Assembly (NCBI GenBank): GCA_017504655.1
Contig: JAFVQT010000036.1
Location: forward strand, 33,062 to 97,061
Source: Clostridia bacterium
Lineage (GTDB): Bacteria; Bacillota; Clostridia; Christensenellales; Borkfalkiaceae
DNA length: 64,000 bases
Direction: 5' to 3'
Positions 36,569 to 45,081 of the stretch are shown one piece after another. A model generated the notes under the pieces. That model ran no database searches and had not been told where the DNA came from. It saw only the letters and a program-made list of their open reading frames with translations. Both the position numbers and the translations under genes were made by a program. Numbering within the stretch: the stretch's first letter is position 1; every line of letters begins with the position of its first letter.

Positions 36569-37699
36569 ATGAACTACCAAGTAGAATATTATAGAAATCT
36601 TTACGAAAAGTGCTATAAAGAGGGCTTGCAGGCAAATGACAGACAAAATTTTGCCCTCGCTTATAAAAAGCTTTCAGAATCAGCTCAATATTTACGCAAG
36701 CTCGCATCTGTCGACCTTGCAAACAAAGAGATATATACTGCAAGAGCAGATAAAATACAGCGCATTGCGACTGCGCTTCAGACAAAGGCAAACGAGCAGG
36801 CTCAGCCATGCCCCGCAAACCAAAGGGTGGACAGCCCTTACAACGGTTACAGCCCGTCGCAAGCCGTAGGTAGCGACACTTCAGGCGGATTTGCAGACGA
36901 GGATATGAGCGCGTATTATACCTTTTATAGCGCGGGTGATTTGGTGGACGGCTTTGACAAGGTTATCGGCCTTGAAGAGGCAAAAGAGGCTATAACAGAA
37001 TACGTTATAAATCCAATTCGCTATGCAGATGCCTACAGCTATAACTTTTTAAGCAGTAAATGTATTCTTTTGGAAGGCCCTCCCGGTACGGGAAAGACCA
37101 CGTTTGCAAAAGCCGTTGCAAAGGAAATTGAACAGCCGTTTGCGCTTGTAAACGTCGCCGCTATGGTAAACTGCTACGTGGGTGAAACGGGCAAGACGAT
37201 AGATAAGGTTTTTGCATCCTTAAGAAGATACGTTGAAGAGCATAATTGCGGAATAACTGTTTTCTTTGACGAATTTGATGAAATAGCAAAGAGCAGAGGC
37301 GGTGACGATAAAGCATCACAAACGGCAGTTCCCGCGTTACTGCGCAATTTAGACGGAGTAAAAGAAAATAAAAACTTCCTCATTTTGGCTAATACCAACT
37401 GCAAAGAATCGTTGGATGCAGGTATTTTAAGTAGATTCCGCAGGAAAATTTACATACCGCTTCCTGATAAGAATATGCGTGTTCAATTCTTTAAAAGCAA
37501 GCTGAGTCAGCTTGAAGCTAACTTCTTTGAGCGTTTGGATTTTGAACAGCTTGCAGACGCATCGGATGGGTTAAGTGGCCGTGCAATCGCGCAGATTTGT
37601 GACGATTTTCTCCATTTTATAGGTGGGGTTAAGGCAGGTATACGTTCTTGTGAGGATTTTAATCAAGCATTATTAGATATAATTATCAAGCAAAAATAG
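36569..37699 (+). CDS. AAA+ ATPase with an N-terminal MIT-like three-helix domain (Vps4-like architecture).
   Basis: The N-terminus YRNLYEKCYKEGLQANDRQNFALAYKKLSESAQYLRKL is MIT-like. The AAA module has LLEGPPGTGKTT, VFFDEFDE and LILANTNCKESLDAGILSRFRRKIYIPLPD. Confidence 0.75.
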   Translation: MNYQVEYYRNLYEKCYKEGLQANDRQNFALAYKKLSESAQYLRKLASVDLANKEIYTARADKIQRIATALQTKANEQAQPCPANQRVDSPYNGYSPSQAVGSDTSGGFADEDMSAYYTFYSAGDLVDGFDKVIGLEEAKEAITEYVINPIRYADAYSYNFLSSKCILLEGPPGTGKTTFAKAVAKEIEQPFALVNVAAMVNCYVGETGKTIDKVFASLRRYVEEHNCGITVFFDEFDEIAKSRGGDDKASQTAVPALLRNLDGVKENKNFLILANTNCKESLDAGILSRFRRKIYIPLPDKNMRVQFFKSKLSQLEANFFERLDFEQLADASDGLSGRAIAQICDDFLHFIGGVKAGIRSCEDFNQALLDIIIKQK

Positions 37700-38965
37700 G
37701 TGATTATGATGAAAATATGTCAAAACTGCAAGGCTAAGCTAAATAGCGACGACTTGTTTTGCAGTTCGTGCGGAGCAAAATACAACCCTGACTCCGCGTC
37801 AAATGAAAAAGACTCGCTGTTTTTAAAGTATTCAAGCTATTTAAATAACGATAGCTTGTTTAACGTAGCGTGGGCAAAGGAGCAGGGAATTGTTAAAAGC
37901 GACGTTGCCGACGAAGCTGAGCAAATATATAAGTTTTTAGCCATGAAGGGTCATTTAAACAGTATGTTCAGATACGCGATGATGTTATTAAATCGAGGAC
38001 CGAGTGGCTTAACCGAAGCAAGGACTTGGCTGAAGATAGCTTCTGAGCACGGGCACGTAGAGAGCATTAACTATTTAAAAGCAGAGCTTGGCGAGGATGT
38101 TAAGGGGAGTTGTGTCAGTCACGTGTTACAGTCAGCTCCTACCGTTTCTCCGACTGTACCGTCGGTTTCTCCTGCTGAGCCTGCCGTTTCTCCTGCACAG
38201 CCTGCTCAAAGCGTAAGAAGCGGTGCAGTGCTTTCGGGTGAGGAGGTCTATTCAAAGCTACAGCGTTCAGCAGTTGAAATACACGCCTATACGGCAAACC
38301 TAAAGGCTCGCTCATCTGGTTTTTTGGTTTCCTCAACGGGATTCGTGGTAACTAACGCCCATGCTGTTTTAGACGATGACGGAGAGGTTTACCAAAACGT
38401 ACAAGTGTACTACGGCGGTAAGTATTATCCTGCAAGGGTAGTAGCGGTAGGCAGTCCTGCAGACGGCAAAAACGACAGTGTAGACTTGGCTCTTTTAATT
38501 GCAGCGGGCTTGACGGATTGCAGTGCGGTTGACCTTGGCGACGAGGAGTGCCGTAACGGTCAAAAGGTATATCTTATAGGCAATTCGCTTGGCGACGGTA
38601 TTTGTATAACTTCGGGTATTATAAGCGACGGAAAAAGAGCAATGCCGGGGCTATCGTATCCTTATATAATGACTGATGCCGCTGCAAATCACGGCAATTC
38701 GGGCGGACCTTTGGTTGATGAGAGGGGCTCGGTAATAGGTGTGCTGGTTGCAGGCGTACAAAATGCAGAGGGTATGAATTACGCAATTCCTATTGATATA
38801 GTAAAAGAATTTTTAGCGTACGTAGTGTCCTTATTAAATTTACCGCAAAGCATTTTAGGCGAGCTTTATTCTGCAAGCCCAAGTAATATGTCTATAAAGG
38901 ATAAAATCTTTAAGGGTATTCATCTTGCTATTGATGTAATTGAATTTATTCTTAGTATTTTCTAA
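37700..38965 (+). CDS. Zinc-ribbon / Sel1-repeat / trypsin-like (S1C, HtrA/DegP-type) serine protease with a C-terminal hydrophobic segment.
   Basis: The zinc ribbon is CQNCKAKLNSDDLFCSSCGAK. Sel1-like repeats follow (MKGHLNSMFRYAMMLL...KIASEHGHVESINYL) and then a PxxS linker. The protease core has catalytic His in VVTNAHAV, Asp in SVDLALL and Ser in GNSGGPLVDERGSVIGV. Confidence 0.75.
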   Translation: MIMMKICQNCKAKLNSDDLFCSSCGAKYNPDSASNEKDSLFLKYSSYLNNDSLFNVAWAKEQGIVKSDVADEAEQIYKFLAMKGHLNSMFRYAMMLLNRGPSGLTEARTWLKIASEHGHVESINYLKAELGEDVKGSCVSHVLQSAPTVSPTVPSVSPAEPAVSPAQPAQSVRSGAVLSGEEVYSKLQRSAVEIHAYTANLKARSSGFLVSSTGFVVTNAHAVLDDDGEVYQNVQVYYGGKYYPARVVAVGSPADGKNDSVDLALLIAAGLTDCSAVDLGDEECRNGQKVYLIGNSLGDGICITSGIISDGKRAMPGLSYPYIMTDAAANHGNSGGPLVDERGSVIGVLVAGVQNAEGMNYAIPIDIVKEFLAYVVSLLNLPQSILGELYSASPSNMSIKDKIFKGIHLAIDVIEFILSIF

Positions 38966-38988
38966 AAAAATAAACGGAGATAAGTATT

Positions 38989-39888
38989 ATGAAAGAAAAA
39001 ATCAGAAATCTTACAGTCGCTCCTCGCGAGGATTACGTTATTTGGACGGAAGACCTGACCAATATCGTTCGCGAAACAACGTTGACGGTATCTGCCGGAT
39101 GTGTTGCACTTTACTTAGTAAACGGCGTAATTAAGAGTATAAATATTCCCGGCCGTGCGCTTATTAAATCAAAAGCTGAAGACAAATCCAACAGCAAGCT
39201 CGAGCTCATATGCGTTAATACGGATAAAACCTTTGAAATTTGCTGTGGAGTAGGTAATATTCCTTTCAAGGATTCTGAAATCAACTGCGAAACCGTAGTT
39301 GGTGCACACGGTGAGTGTAAAATCAGAATTTCTCAGCCATGGCCTTTATACACGACCTTCGGCCACGCTCCTATCAGTGCTGAGGAAATTGATTCTTACG
39401 TTAAGCTTAAGCTCAACGAGATTATGACAACCCGTCTTGCAGAGGTTTTACAGCATTACGATTACAGCAATATTATGACTCAGCAGTCAGCTATTGCAGC
39501 AGACCTTGAAAAAAGATTTTCTCAACGCCTTAACGATATAGGTCTTGAGGTTACGAGCTTTGCGCTTGCCGGCATAATGTTCAACGCCGAGTATCAGGAA
39601 AAGCGCAGAGAGTATTTTGAAATGCAAAATTGCAGACAGGCAGAAAAGCTTGAGCGCAGAGCAAGAGAGCGCGAGCAAAGAGCGGAAATTGACAACGTTA
39701 TTGCAATAGCAAACGCAACAAAAAATCTCAACACGTCGTCTAACGTAACGCCTCCTCAGCCTGCAGCGCCCGTAACCCCACCACCTCAACCGCAGTCAGG
39801 CGCAAGACTGAATTTCTGCCCAAGATGCGGTACAAAGGTAGATCCTTCAGCAATTCATTGCTCGGGATGCGGTAAAAAACTTATATAA
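38989..39888 (+). CDS. SPFH/Band-7-like protein of the YdjI type (COG4260-like) with a C-terminal zinc ribbon.
   Basis: The N-terminus EDYVIWTEDLTNIVRETTLTVSAGCVALYLVNGVI resembles B. subtilis YdjI (IEWTDDSKDTLVYRFP...GAQLTVRESQVAVFVNEGEI). The C-terminus is FCPRCGTKVDPSAIHCSGCGKK, and GGAG serves as the RBS. Confidence 0.55.
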   Translation: MKEKIRNLTVAPREDYVIWTEDLTNIVRETTLTVSAGCVALYLVNGVIKSINIPGRALIKSKAEDKSNSKLELICVNTDKTFEICCGVGNIPFKDSEINCETVVGAHGECKIRISQPWPLYTTFGHAPISAEEIDSYVKLKLNEIMTTRLAEVLQHYDYSNIMTQQSAIAADLEKRFSQRLNDIGLEVTSFALAGIMFNAEYQEKRREYFEMQNCRQAEKLERRAREREQRAEIDNVIAIANATKNLNTSSNVTPPQPAAPVTPPPQPQSGARLNFCPRCGTKVDPSAIHCSGCGKKLI

Positions 39889-39905
39889 TAAAAAGGAGAA
39901 AATTT

Positions 39906-40244
39906 ATGGCATTATTCGGTCTTTTTGGAAATAAAGAAAAGAAAAATTTACAGGTAAACGAAGCTAACAAGGCAAAGATATTAAATATCTTAACTCAAAC
40001 TCAAATGGCATGTAAGGATGCTAACGCAATTGCAGTATTAAGAAAAATCGCTTCTCAAATTCAAGCTCAGGGTGAGTCCTCAAGCGAAGAGCTTATGACC
40101 ATCGACGGTGAAATTCTTAAGATTTTGACCGATTCTCACGCGTTTATTCTCAAGCAACAGTATCCGACTGCAATCAGTAAGTTAAACAAGGCGTTTAACC
40201 TTGCAGTTGACAGAAATCAATACTGCATGCTCGGCGGAAGATAG
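39906..40244 (+). CDS. Small protein (112 aa). It is probably the N-terminal part of one gene that continues in-frame past a TAG into 40287..41414.
   Basis: It has a strong RBS (AAAGGAG). It ends at TAG 40242-44, and the next ORF is in the same frame 42 nt downstream with no RBS of its own. Confidence 0.5.
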   Translation: MALFGLFGNKEKKNLQVNEANKAKILNILTQTQMACKDANAIAVLRKIASQIQAQGESSSEELMTIDGEILKILTDSHAFILKQQYPTAISKLNKAFNLAVDRNQYCMLGGR

Positions 40245-40286
40245 ACCAAACAGGATAAAAAGCTTGAAGATCAGGCAAATCGCGTA

Positions 40287-41414
40287 ATGGCTAACGTTAA
40301 AGCTGCAGAAAAGACTCGTGAAGAGGAGCTTCAATCTCGCTTGGACGAGCTTAATGCTGAATTTGAGGCTGCGGTAAACGAGCAAGCTCAGCTCAAGGCT
40401 CTTTATGAGCAAAACCCACACAACGCTTCAATTATCGGCAGAGCAAAATCTATACAAACCAAGATTATTTCTATTAAAAACCAAATTAACGCAACCACGA
40501 TTGAGTTGCAAAAGGAAGGTCAGGATGCTGCTATTATCAGTAACGTTGAATTCAACGAAACCTTAGCAAGCGGAAGACGTAACGATAGCGAAATGGATCT
40601 CGCCCGTGAAAATCTTAAGGCTCAAAATCAATTGCGTGGCGAAATGGCAAGTCAGCTTCATGAGGATGCAGACTTGTTAAATGCAGGCGCAGCAGGGCTT
40701 TTTGACGGTGATCCTTTTGCAGACCCGTTCCAAGACGCAGCGGCAACTGCTGACCTTTTTGAAAATCCGTTTGGCACACAGGCACAAGCATCTGCACCGA
40801 GTGCACAAACTCAATACGGTGGCTTCGACTCGTCAACTATCGGAACTACTTCAATGGCTAACGATATCAGAAAGGCTCGTCAGGAATTAGAAAAGAGCAT
40901 TGAAATTTTCAATGATAAAATTGACGATGCAAGCGACGAGTTAAACGAGTACAATGCTGAGCTTCGTCCTTTATTAGAGCGCAGACGTACCGCATCGCCG
41001 TCAGACTGTCTTACTCTTGACGGTCAAATCGACCAGATAAATGCTAAGAGAAATGCCGTAATCAATAAGATTAAGCGTTACCGTCAGGCAAACGCTCAGC
41101 TTGTGGATAAGCTCGGCTTACTCGATAAGCTCGATACTCAGCAGGATCTTGCTTTAACTAACGCAAAGATTGAACAGCTTACAAACGGAAAATTCGCAGA
41201 TTTCCAAGGTCTTGCTATGTTTCTTAACGATTCTGTTAAGAGAAGCAACGAGGAGCTTCAGGAAATCGGCGAAGCATCAAGCATTGCAGATGCAGAGGAT
41301 ATCATGATGAGCTCGGCTTCTGCTGCTTCTGCTGTTCTTTCCGACGTTGGCTCGATTACTAAAGACGAGCACAAATATGACGCTGTTGAACAAGAGTTAG
41401 GTATGACAATATAA
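40287..41414 (+). CDS. Long coiled-coil protein (PspA/TelA-like by composition only), in the same frame as 39906..40244.
   Basis: Heptad-rich sequence (EELQSRLDELNAEFEAAVNEQAQLKALYEQ...) and a DPFADPF acidic segment are present. I saw no catalytic motif. The TelA/PspA similarity is a composition-level guess. Confidence 0.45.
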   Translation: MANVKAAEKTREEELQSRLDELNAEFEAAVNEQAQLKALYEQNPHNASIIGRAKSIQTKIISIKNQINATTIELQKEGQDAAIISNVEFNETLASGRRNDSEMDLARENLKAQNQLRGEMASQLHEDADLLNAGAAGLFDGDPFADPFQDAAATADLFENPFGTQAQASAPSAQTQYGGFDSSTIGTTSMANDIRKARQELEKSIEIFNDKIDDASDELNEYNAELRPLLERRRTASPSDCLTLDGQIDQINAKRNAVINKIKRYRQANAQLVDKLGLLDKLDTQQDLALTNAKIEQLTNGKFADFQGLAMFLNDSVKRSNEELQEIGEASSIADAEDIMMSSASAASAVLSDVGSITKDEHKYDAVEQELGMTI

Positions 41415-41432
41415 TTAAACAGGAGTATACTC

Positions 41433-42986
41433 ATGAATTTACAGTATATTTTACTTGCCGCTAAAACTATGTCCGAAAAGGCTGAAAAAGAGAATGCTTG
41501 CGGTCTTTCAAGCGCAAAGCAATCGTTTAGTATGGCGGCGAAGAGATATAGACAGGCTGCAGAGTTGGATCCAAATAACAGTAAGGAATATTTAAAGCTT
41601 GCGGAGGAATACGAGCGCAAAGCAAGCGGAGCAATGGCAAACAATGCTTCAATAAGCAGTATTCAAGGCGCGACAATGTCTTCTCGTACGCCAAACGCAC
41701 AAAATGCGCAAAATACACCGAGCGCGCAAGCACCCAAAAAGGAATCTGCAAAGCAAGAGCAGGCAATCAGCGCAAGCGTCACTCAAGAGGACGTTTCAAT
41801 TGAAGAGGCTATGGGTAGGCTTAACGCTCTTACAGGTCTTAAGGGAGTTAAAGAAAAGGTTCAGTCCTGGGTGTCGCAAATCAGGGTGTTTAAGCGCAGA
41901 GAGGAGCTGGGGCTTCCAGTTCCCGACGATTTTTCTTATCACCTCGTGTTTACGGGTAATCCGGGTACGGGTAAAACTACTGTTGCAAGATTTATGGCTC
42001 AGATATACAAGGGCTTGGGTATTTTGGAGCAAGGACAGCTTGTAGAAACGTCAAGTAGTGATTTGATTGCAGGCTACGTCGGTCAAACAGCTCAAAAAAC
42101 AAGGGCGGTAGTCGAGTCTGCAATCGGCGGTGTTCTCTTTATTGACGAGGCGTATACCTTAAACGGTAATGAAAAGGGTAACGAGTTTGGTAAGCAGGCA
42201 ATAGACGAGCTACTTAAGTGTATGGAAGACCACCGAAGAGAATTGGTTGTTATCGTTGCGGGCTACACCGACTTGATGGCTCAATTTATTGACACAAACC
42301 CCGGTCTTCAGTCGCGTTTTAATACGACGATAGAATTCGACGATTATACGGGCGACGAGCTTATGAAGATTTTTGACGGTCTTTGCAAGAAGAACAGATA
42401 CGAGCTTACGACTAAAGCAAGACTTATACTTAGCGAGCATTTCAATAAGCTCTACGAAAAGAGGGATAAAAACTTCGGTAACGGACGTACTGTAAGAAAC
42501 ACCTTCCAACAAATAGTTTTAAACCAGGCGCAGAGGCTTGACAGAATTTTCCAAACATCGCCAACCGCTCAGGTTTCAGACGAAATGATGGTTACTATTA
42601 CAGAAGACGATTTGTCAGGCGTTGTAGGTGAGGACAGCATTTCAAAAACTATCGAATATGAGCGCACTAAGGCTGAGATTAACGACGGTGTAATTTACGG
42701 TTACCTTTCTCAAAAGAATCTTCCCTCAGCCGCGACAGCTCTTTGCTCGCGTTTAGAAAGTCTTTTAAGATACGTTTACAATTTCTCGGGTGACCTTTGT
42801 ACTATGATTAACGAATTAAGGTCCTCCTCACACGCGAAGGCTAAGCTTTTGACAAGAGAGCATTACGATTGTATGTACCGCGTAAGGGTGTACAGAAACG
42901 CTCACGTTCATGCAGGTGAATGTGACGTTCAGCTTACTCCGCAGGACGTAATGGATTGCTTAAAGATAATCTTAATGCTCGAATAA
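41433..42986 (+). CDS. AAA+ ATPase of the SpoVK/CbxX type with an N-terminal MIT-like domain and a C-terminal extension.
   Basis: The N-terminus is AKQSFSMAAKRYRQAAELDPNNSKEYLKLAEEYERKA. The AAA module has FTGNPGTGKTTVARFMAQIY, GGVLFIDEAYTL and LVVIVAGYTDLMAQFIDTNPGLQSRF (CbxX/SpoVK-like). An AGGAG RBS is present. Confidence 0.75.
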   Translation: MNLQYILLAAKTMSEKAEKENACGLSSAKQSFSMAAKRYRQAAELDPNNSKEYLKLAEEYERKASGAMANNASISSIQGATMSSRTPNAQNAQNTPSAQAPKKESAKQEQAISASVTQEDVSIEEAMGRLNALTGLKGVKEKVQSWVSQIRVFKRREELGLPVPDDFSYHLVFTGNPGTGKTTVARFMAQIYKGLGILEQGQLVETSSSDLIAGYVGQTAQKTRAVVESAIGGVLFIDEAYTLNGNEKGNEFGKQAIDELLKCMEDHRRELVVIVAGYTDLMAQFIDTNPGLQSRFNTTIEFDDYTGDELMKIFDGLCKKNRYELTTKARLILSEHFNKLYEKRDKNFGNGRTVRNTFQQIVLNQAQRLDRIFQTSPTAQVSDEMMVTITEDDLSGVVGEDSISKTIEYERTKAEINDGVIYGYLSQKNLPSAATALCSRLESLLRYVYNFSGDLCTMINELRSSSHAKAKLLTREHYDCMYRVRVYRNAHVHAGECDVQLTPQDVMDCLKIILMLE

Positions 42987-43083
42987 TCAACTTATAGGCT
43001 GGTTTTTTTAGAACAATATTAAAATAAAGCAGACAGGTGACCCTTTTAAGGCTCACCTTTGCTTATGTTAAGGAAAAGTTGAA

Positions 43084-44067
43084 ATGGAAAAAGAAATAGA
43101 AGGCAGTCTGTTAAACGGTAAGATGCAAAAGGCGTACCGGGTGGGTGCTTTGCTCTATATTCCCGCTGTTTACGATTTAAGCGTTGTAGATAAAATAGCA
43201 CGCGGAGATTTTAAGTCTGTTGCATTTTGCCTTGAGGATTCTATTGCAGACGATGCGGTGGAGCAGGCAGAAATAAACCTCAAAAGAATTTTAACTGCAA
43301 TAAAAGAAAGAAAAATTGCCAATTTGCCAATGATATTTATCCGTCCGCGCAGTCCTAAGCATTTGGAGCGCGTGCACAATGCTATTATGGGGCAAATTGA
43401 TATTGTATCCGGCTACGTTTTGCCAAAATTTGATATGTCTAATGCAAACGAATATAAGGCTATTTTTCTCGAGATAAACAAGCAGTCGCAAACGCCTTTA
43501 TATATGATGCCTATTTTGGAAAGCCGTTTGATTGCTCAAAAAAGCACGAGGACTGAAGAGCTTTATCAAATCAAAGCAGTATTAGATTCCATAAGCGAAT
43601 ACGTGCTGAACGTAAGAGTTGGAGGAAACGATTTCTGCAATTTGTTCGGAATTCGCAGAAGGGTAAATCAAACTGTATACGACGCAGGTGTCGTTCGTGA
43701 TATTTTGATTGATATTCTAAACGTTTTTTCTTTAGATTACGTTGTGTCGGGTCCCGTTTGGGAATATTATGGCAAGGATGAAAACGGCGATTGGGCAAAG
43801 GGCTTAAAAAGAGAGCTTGAGTTGGATTTGTTAAACGGCTTTGTCGGTAAAACGTCTATCCATCCCGAGCAAATCCCTATAATTTACAAAAGCTTAAGAG
43901 TGGATAAAAACGATTATCAGGACGCTCTCTCTATTTTAGGTTGGCATTCTTCAAGGTTGGGTGTCTTTTCAAGCGCAAATCACTCCCGTATGAATGAGGT
44001 TAAGTGTCACCGCAAATGGGCAGAGAGGATATTTATACTCGCAAGCATTTACGGAATTAAGGAGTAA
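43084..44067 (+). CDS. HpcH/HpaI aldolase / citrate-lyase beta-subunit-like TIM-barrel C-C lyase (Ter-associated biosynthetic gene).
   Basis: AYRVGALLYIPAVYDLSVVDKIARGDFKSVAFCLEDSIADDAV resembles the HpcH/CitE N-terminal strand-loop pattern. The call is strengthened by its operon context with ATP-grasp, PRTase and HAD genes. Confidence 0.6.
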   Translation: MEKEIEGSLLNGKMQKAYRVGALLYIPAVYDLSVVDKIARGDFKSVAFCLEDSIADDAVEQAEINLKRILTAIKERKIANLPMIFIRPRSPKHLERVHNAIMGQIDIVSGYVLPKFDMSNANEYKAIFLEINKQSQTPLYMMPILESRLIAQKSTRTEELYQIKAVLDSISEYVLNVRVGGNDFCNLFGIRRRVNQTVYDAGVVRDILIDILNVFSLDYVVSGPVWEYYGKDENGDWAKGLKRELELDLLNGFVGKTSIHPEQIPIIYKSLRVDKNDYQDALSILGWHSSRLGVFSSANHSRMNEVKCHRKWAERIFILASIYGIKE

Positions 44068-44071
44068 ACGT

Positions 44072-45079
44072 ATGAGAGTTTGGTTTAACCATTGGTTCAG
44101 CACTGTTTTTCATTTAATAAACCTTATAAAACAAGGCTCTCCAAACAAGTTTACGGTTATAGGCTCTAACGAGAATGAAACTGTCGTTTATAAAAATGCT
44201 TGCGACGAGTGGTATACAGAGCCTCGCGGGCTTACCGATGAAGAGTACGTTGATTTTTGCTTGGTGTTTTGCAAGGAGCATAAAATCGACGTTTTTGCTC
44301 CGAGAAAAAAGCTTTTGGCAATATCTAAAAGCTATGACAGGTTTAAGGAGCTTGGAGTAATATTGATGCTTGACGACCAATATCCGTTACTTGAAATGCT
44401 TGAGGATAAAGCAAGGACGTACGAATATTTTGCTCAAATCGTACCCGAGTGTGTTCCAAGCTTTGGCATTGCAAGAAGCTACGGAGAGTTTTTAAGCTGT
44501 TACGAAGAGCTGTCTAAGACAGCAAGCAGAGTATGTTATAAATTGGTTGAGGATGAAGGTGCAAGAAGCTTTCGCGTAGTAGACAACAGAATAGAGGGCA
44601 TTAACGCGCTCTTGGAAAAGCCGGGTATGAAGGTAACTTTAGATACCGCAAAGAAAATTCTTTCGCAATACGATTTTAAGGTTCCGCTTTTGCTTATGCC
44701 GTATCTGTCGGGCGTTGAGGTCAGCGTTGACTGTCTGCAAACGCCAGGCGAAAATATAATTATCCCCCGCTATAAGACCAATAAACGCTATTCTGAGATA
44801 ATTTTCGATGAAAAAATGATGAGTGTTTGCAATAAAATACTTGACAGTATAGCTCTTAAAAGCCCTTTAAATATTCAGTTTAAATTTGAAGGCGATAAAT
44901 TTTATTTGTTAGAAATAAATCCGAGAATGTCAGGAGGATTACAGCTTTCGTGTGAGGCAACGGGCATAAATTTGCCTGACGTTGCCATTAACAAAGCGAT
45001 AGGCGAAAATAAGACTTGGAAATACCCAAGCTTTAAATCACAAAGAGTAGTACACATTGAAACGCCTATACGTCTATAA
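44072..45079 (+). CDS. ATP-grasp family ligase.
   Basis: ATP-grasp hallmarks are present: the ...KLVEDEGARSFRVVD... central domain and LLEINPRMSGG near the C-terminus. The start at 44072 follows an AAGGAG RBS; the track ORF 43994 overlaps the upstream gene. Confidence 0.7.
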   Translation: MRVWFNHWFSTVFHLINLIKQGSPNKFTVIGSNENETVVYKNACDEWYTEPRGLTDEEYVDFCLVFCKEHKIDVFAPRKKLLAISKSYDRFKELGVILMLDDQYPLLEMLEDKARTYEYFAQIVPECVPSFGIARSYGEFLSCYEELSKTASRVCYKLVEDEGARSFRVVDNRIEGINALLEKPGMKVTLDTAKKILSQYDFKVPLLLMPYLSGVEVSVDCLQTPGENIIIPRYKTNKRYSEIIFDEKMMSVCNKILDSIALKSPLNIQFKFEGDKFYLLEINPRMSGGLQLSCEATGINLPDVAINKAIGENKTWKYPSFKSQRVVHIETPIRL

Positions 45080-45081
45080 TT

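Noticed and set aside
40242-40244. Read-through of the in-frame TAG due to an alternative genetic code (TAG as a sense codon).
   Set aside because: TAG is used as a bona fide stop for other well-supported genes in the window (for example at 9005-9007, 27315-27317 and 59776-59778). A standard code is therefore most likely, and the TAG reflects a mutation, error or two genes.
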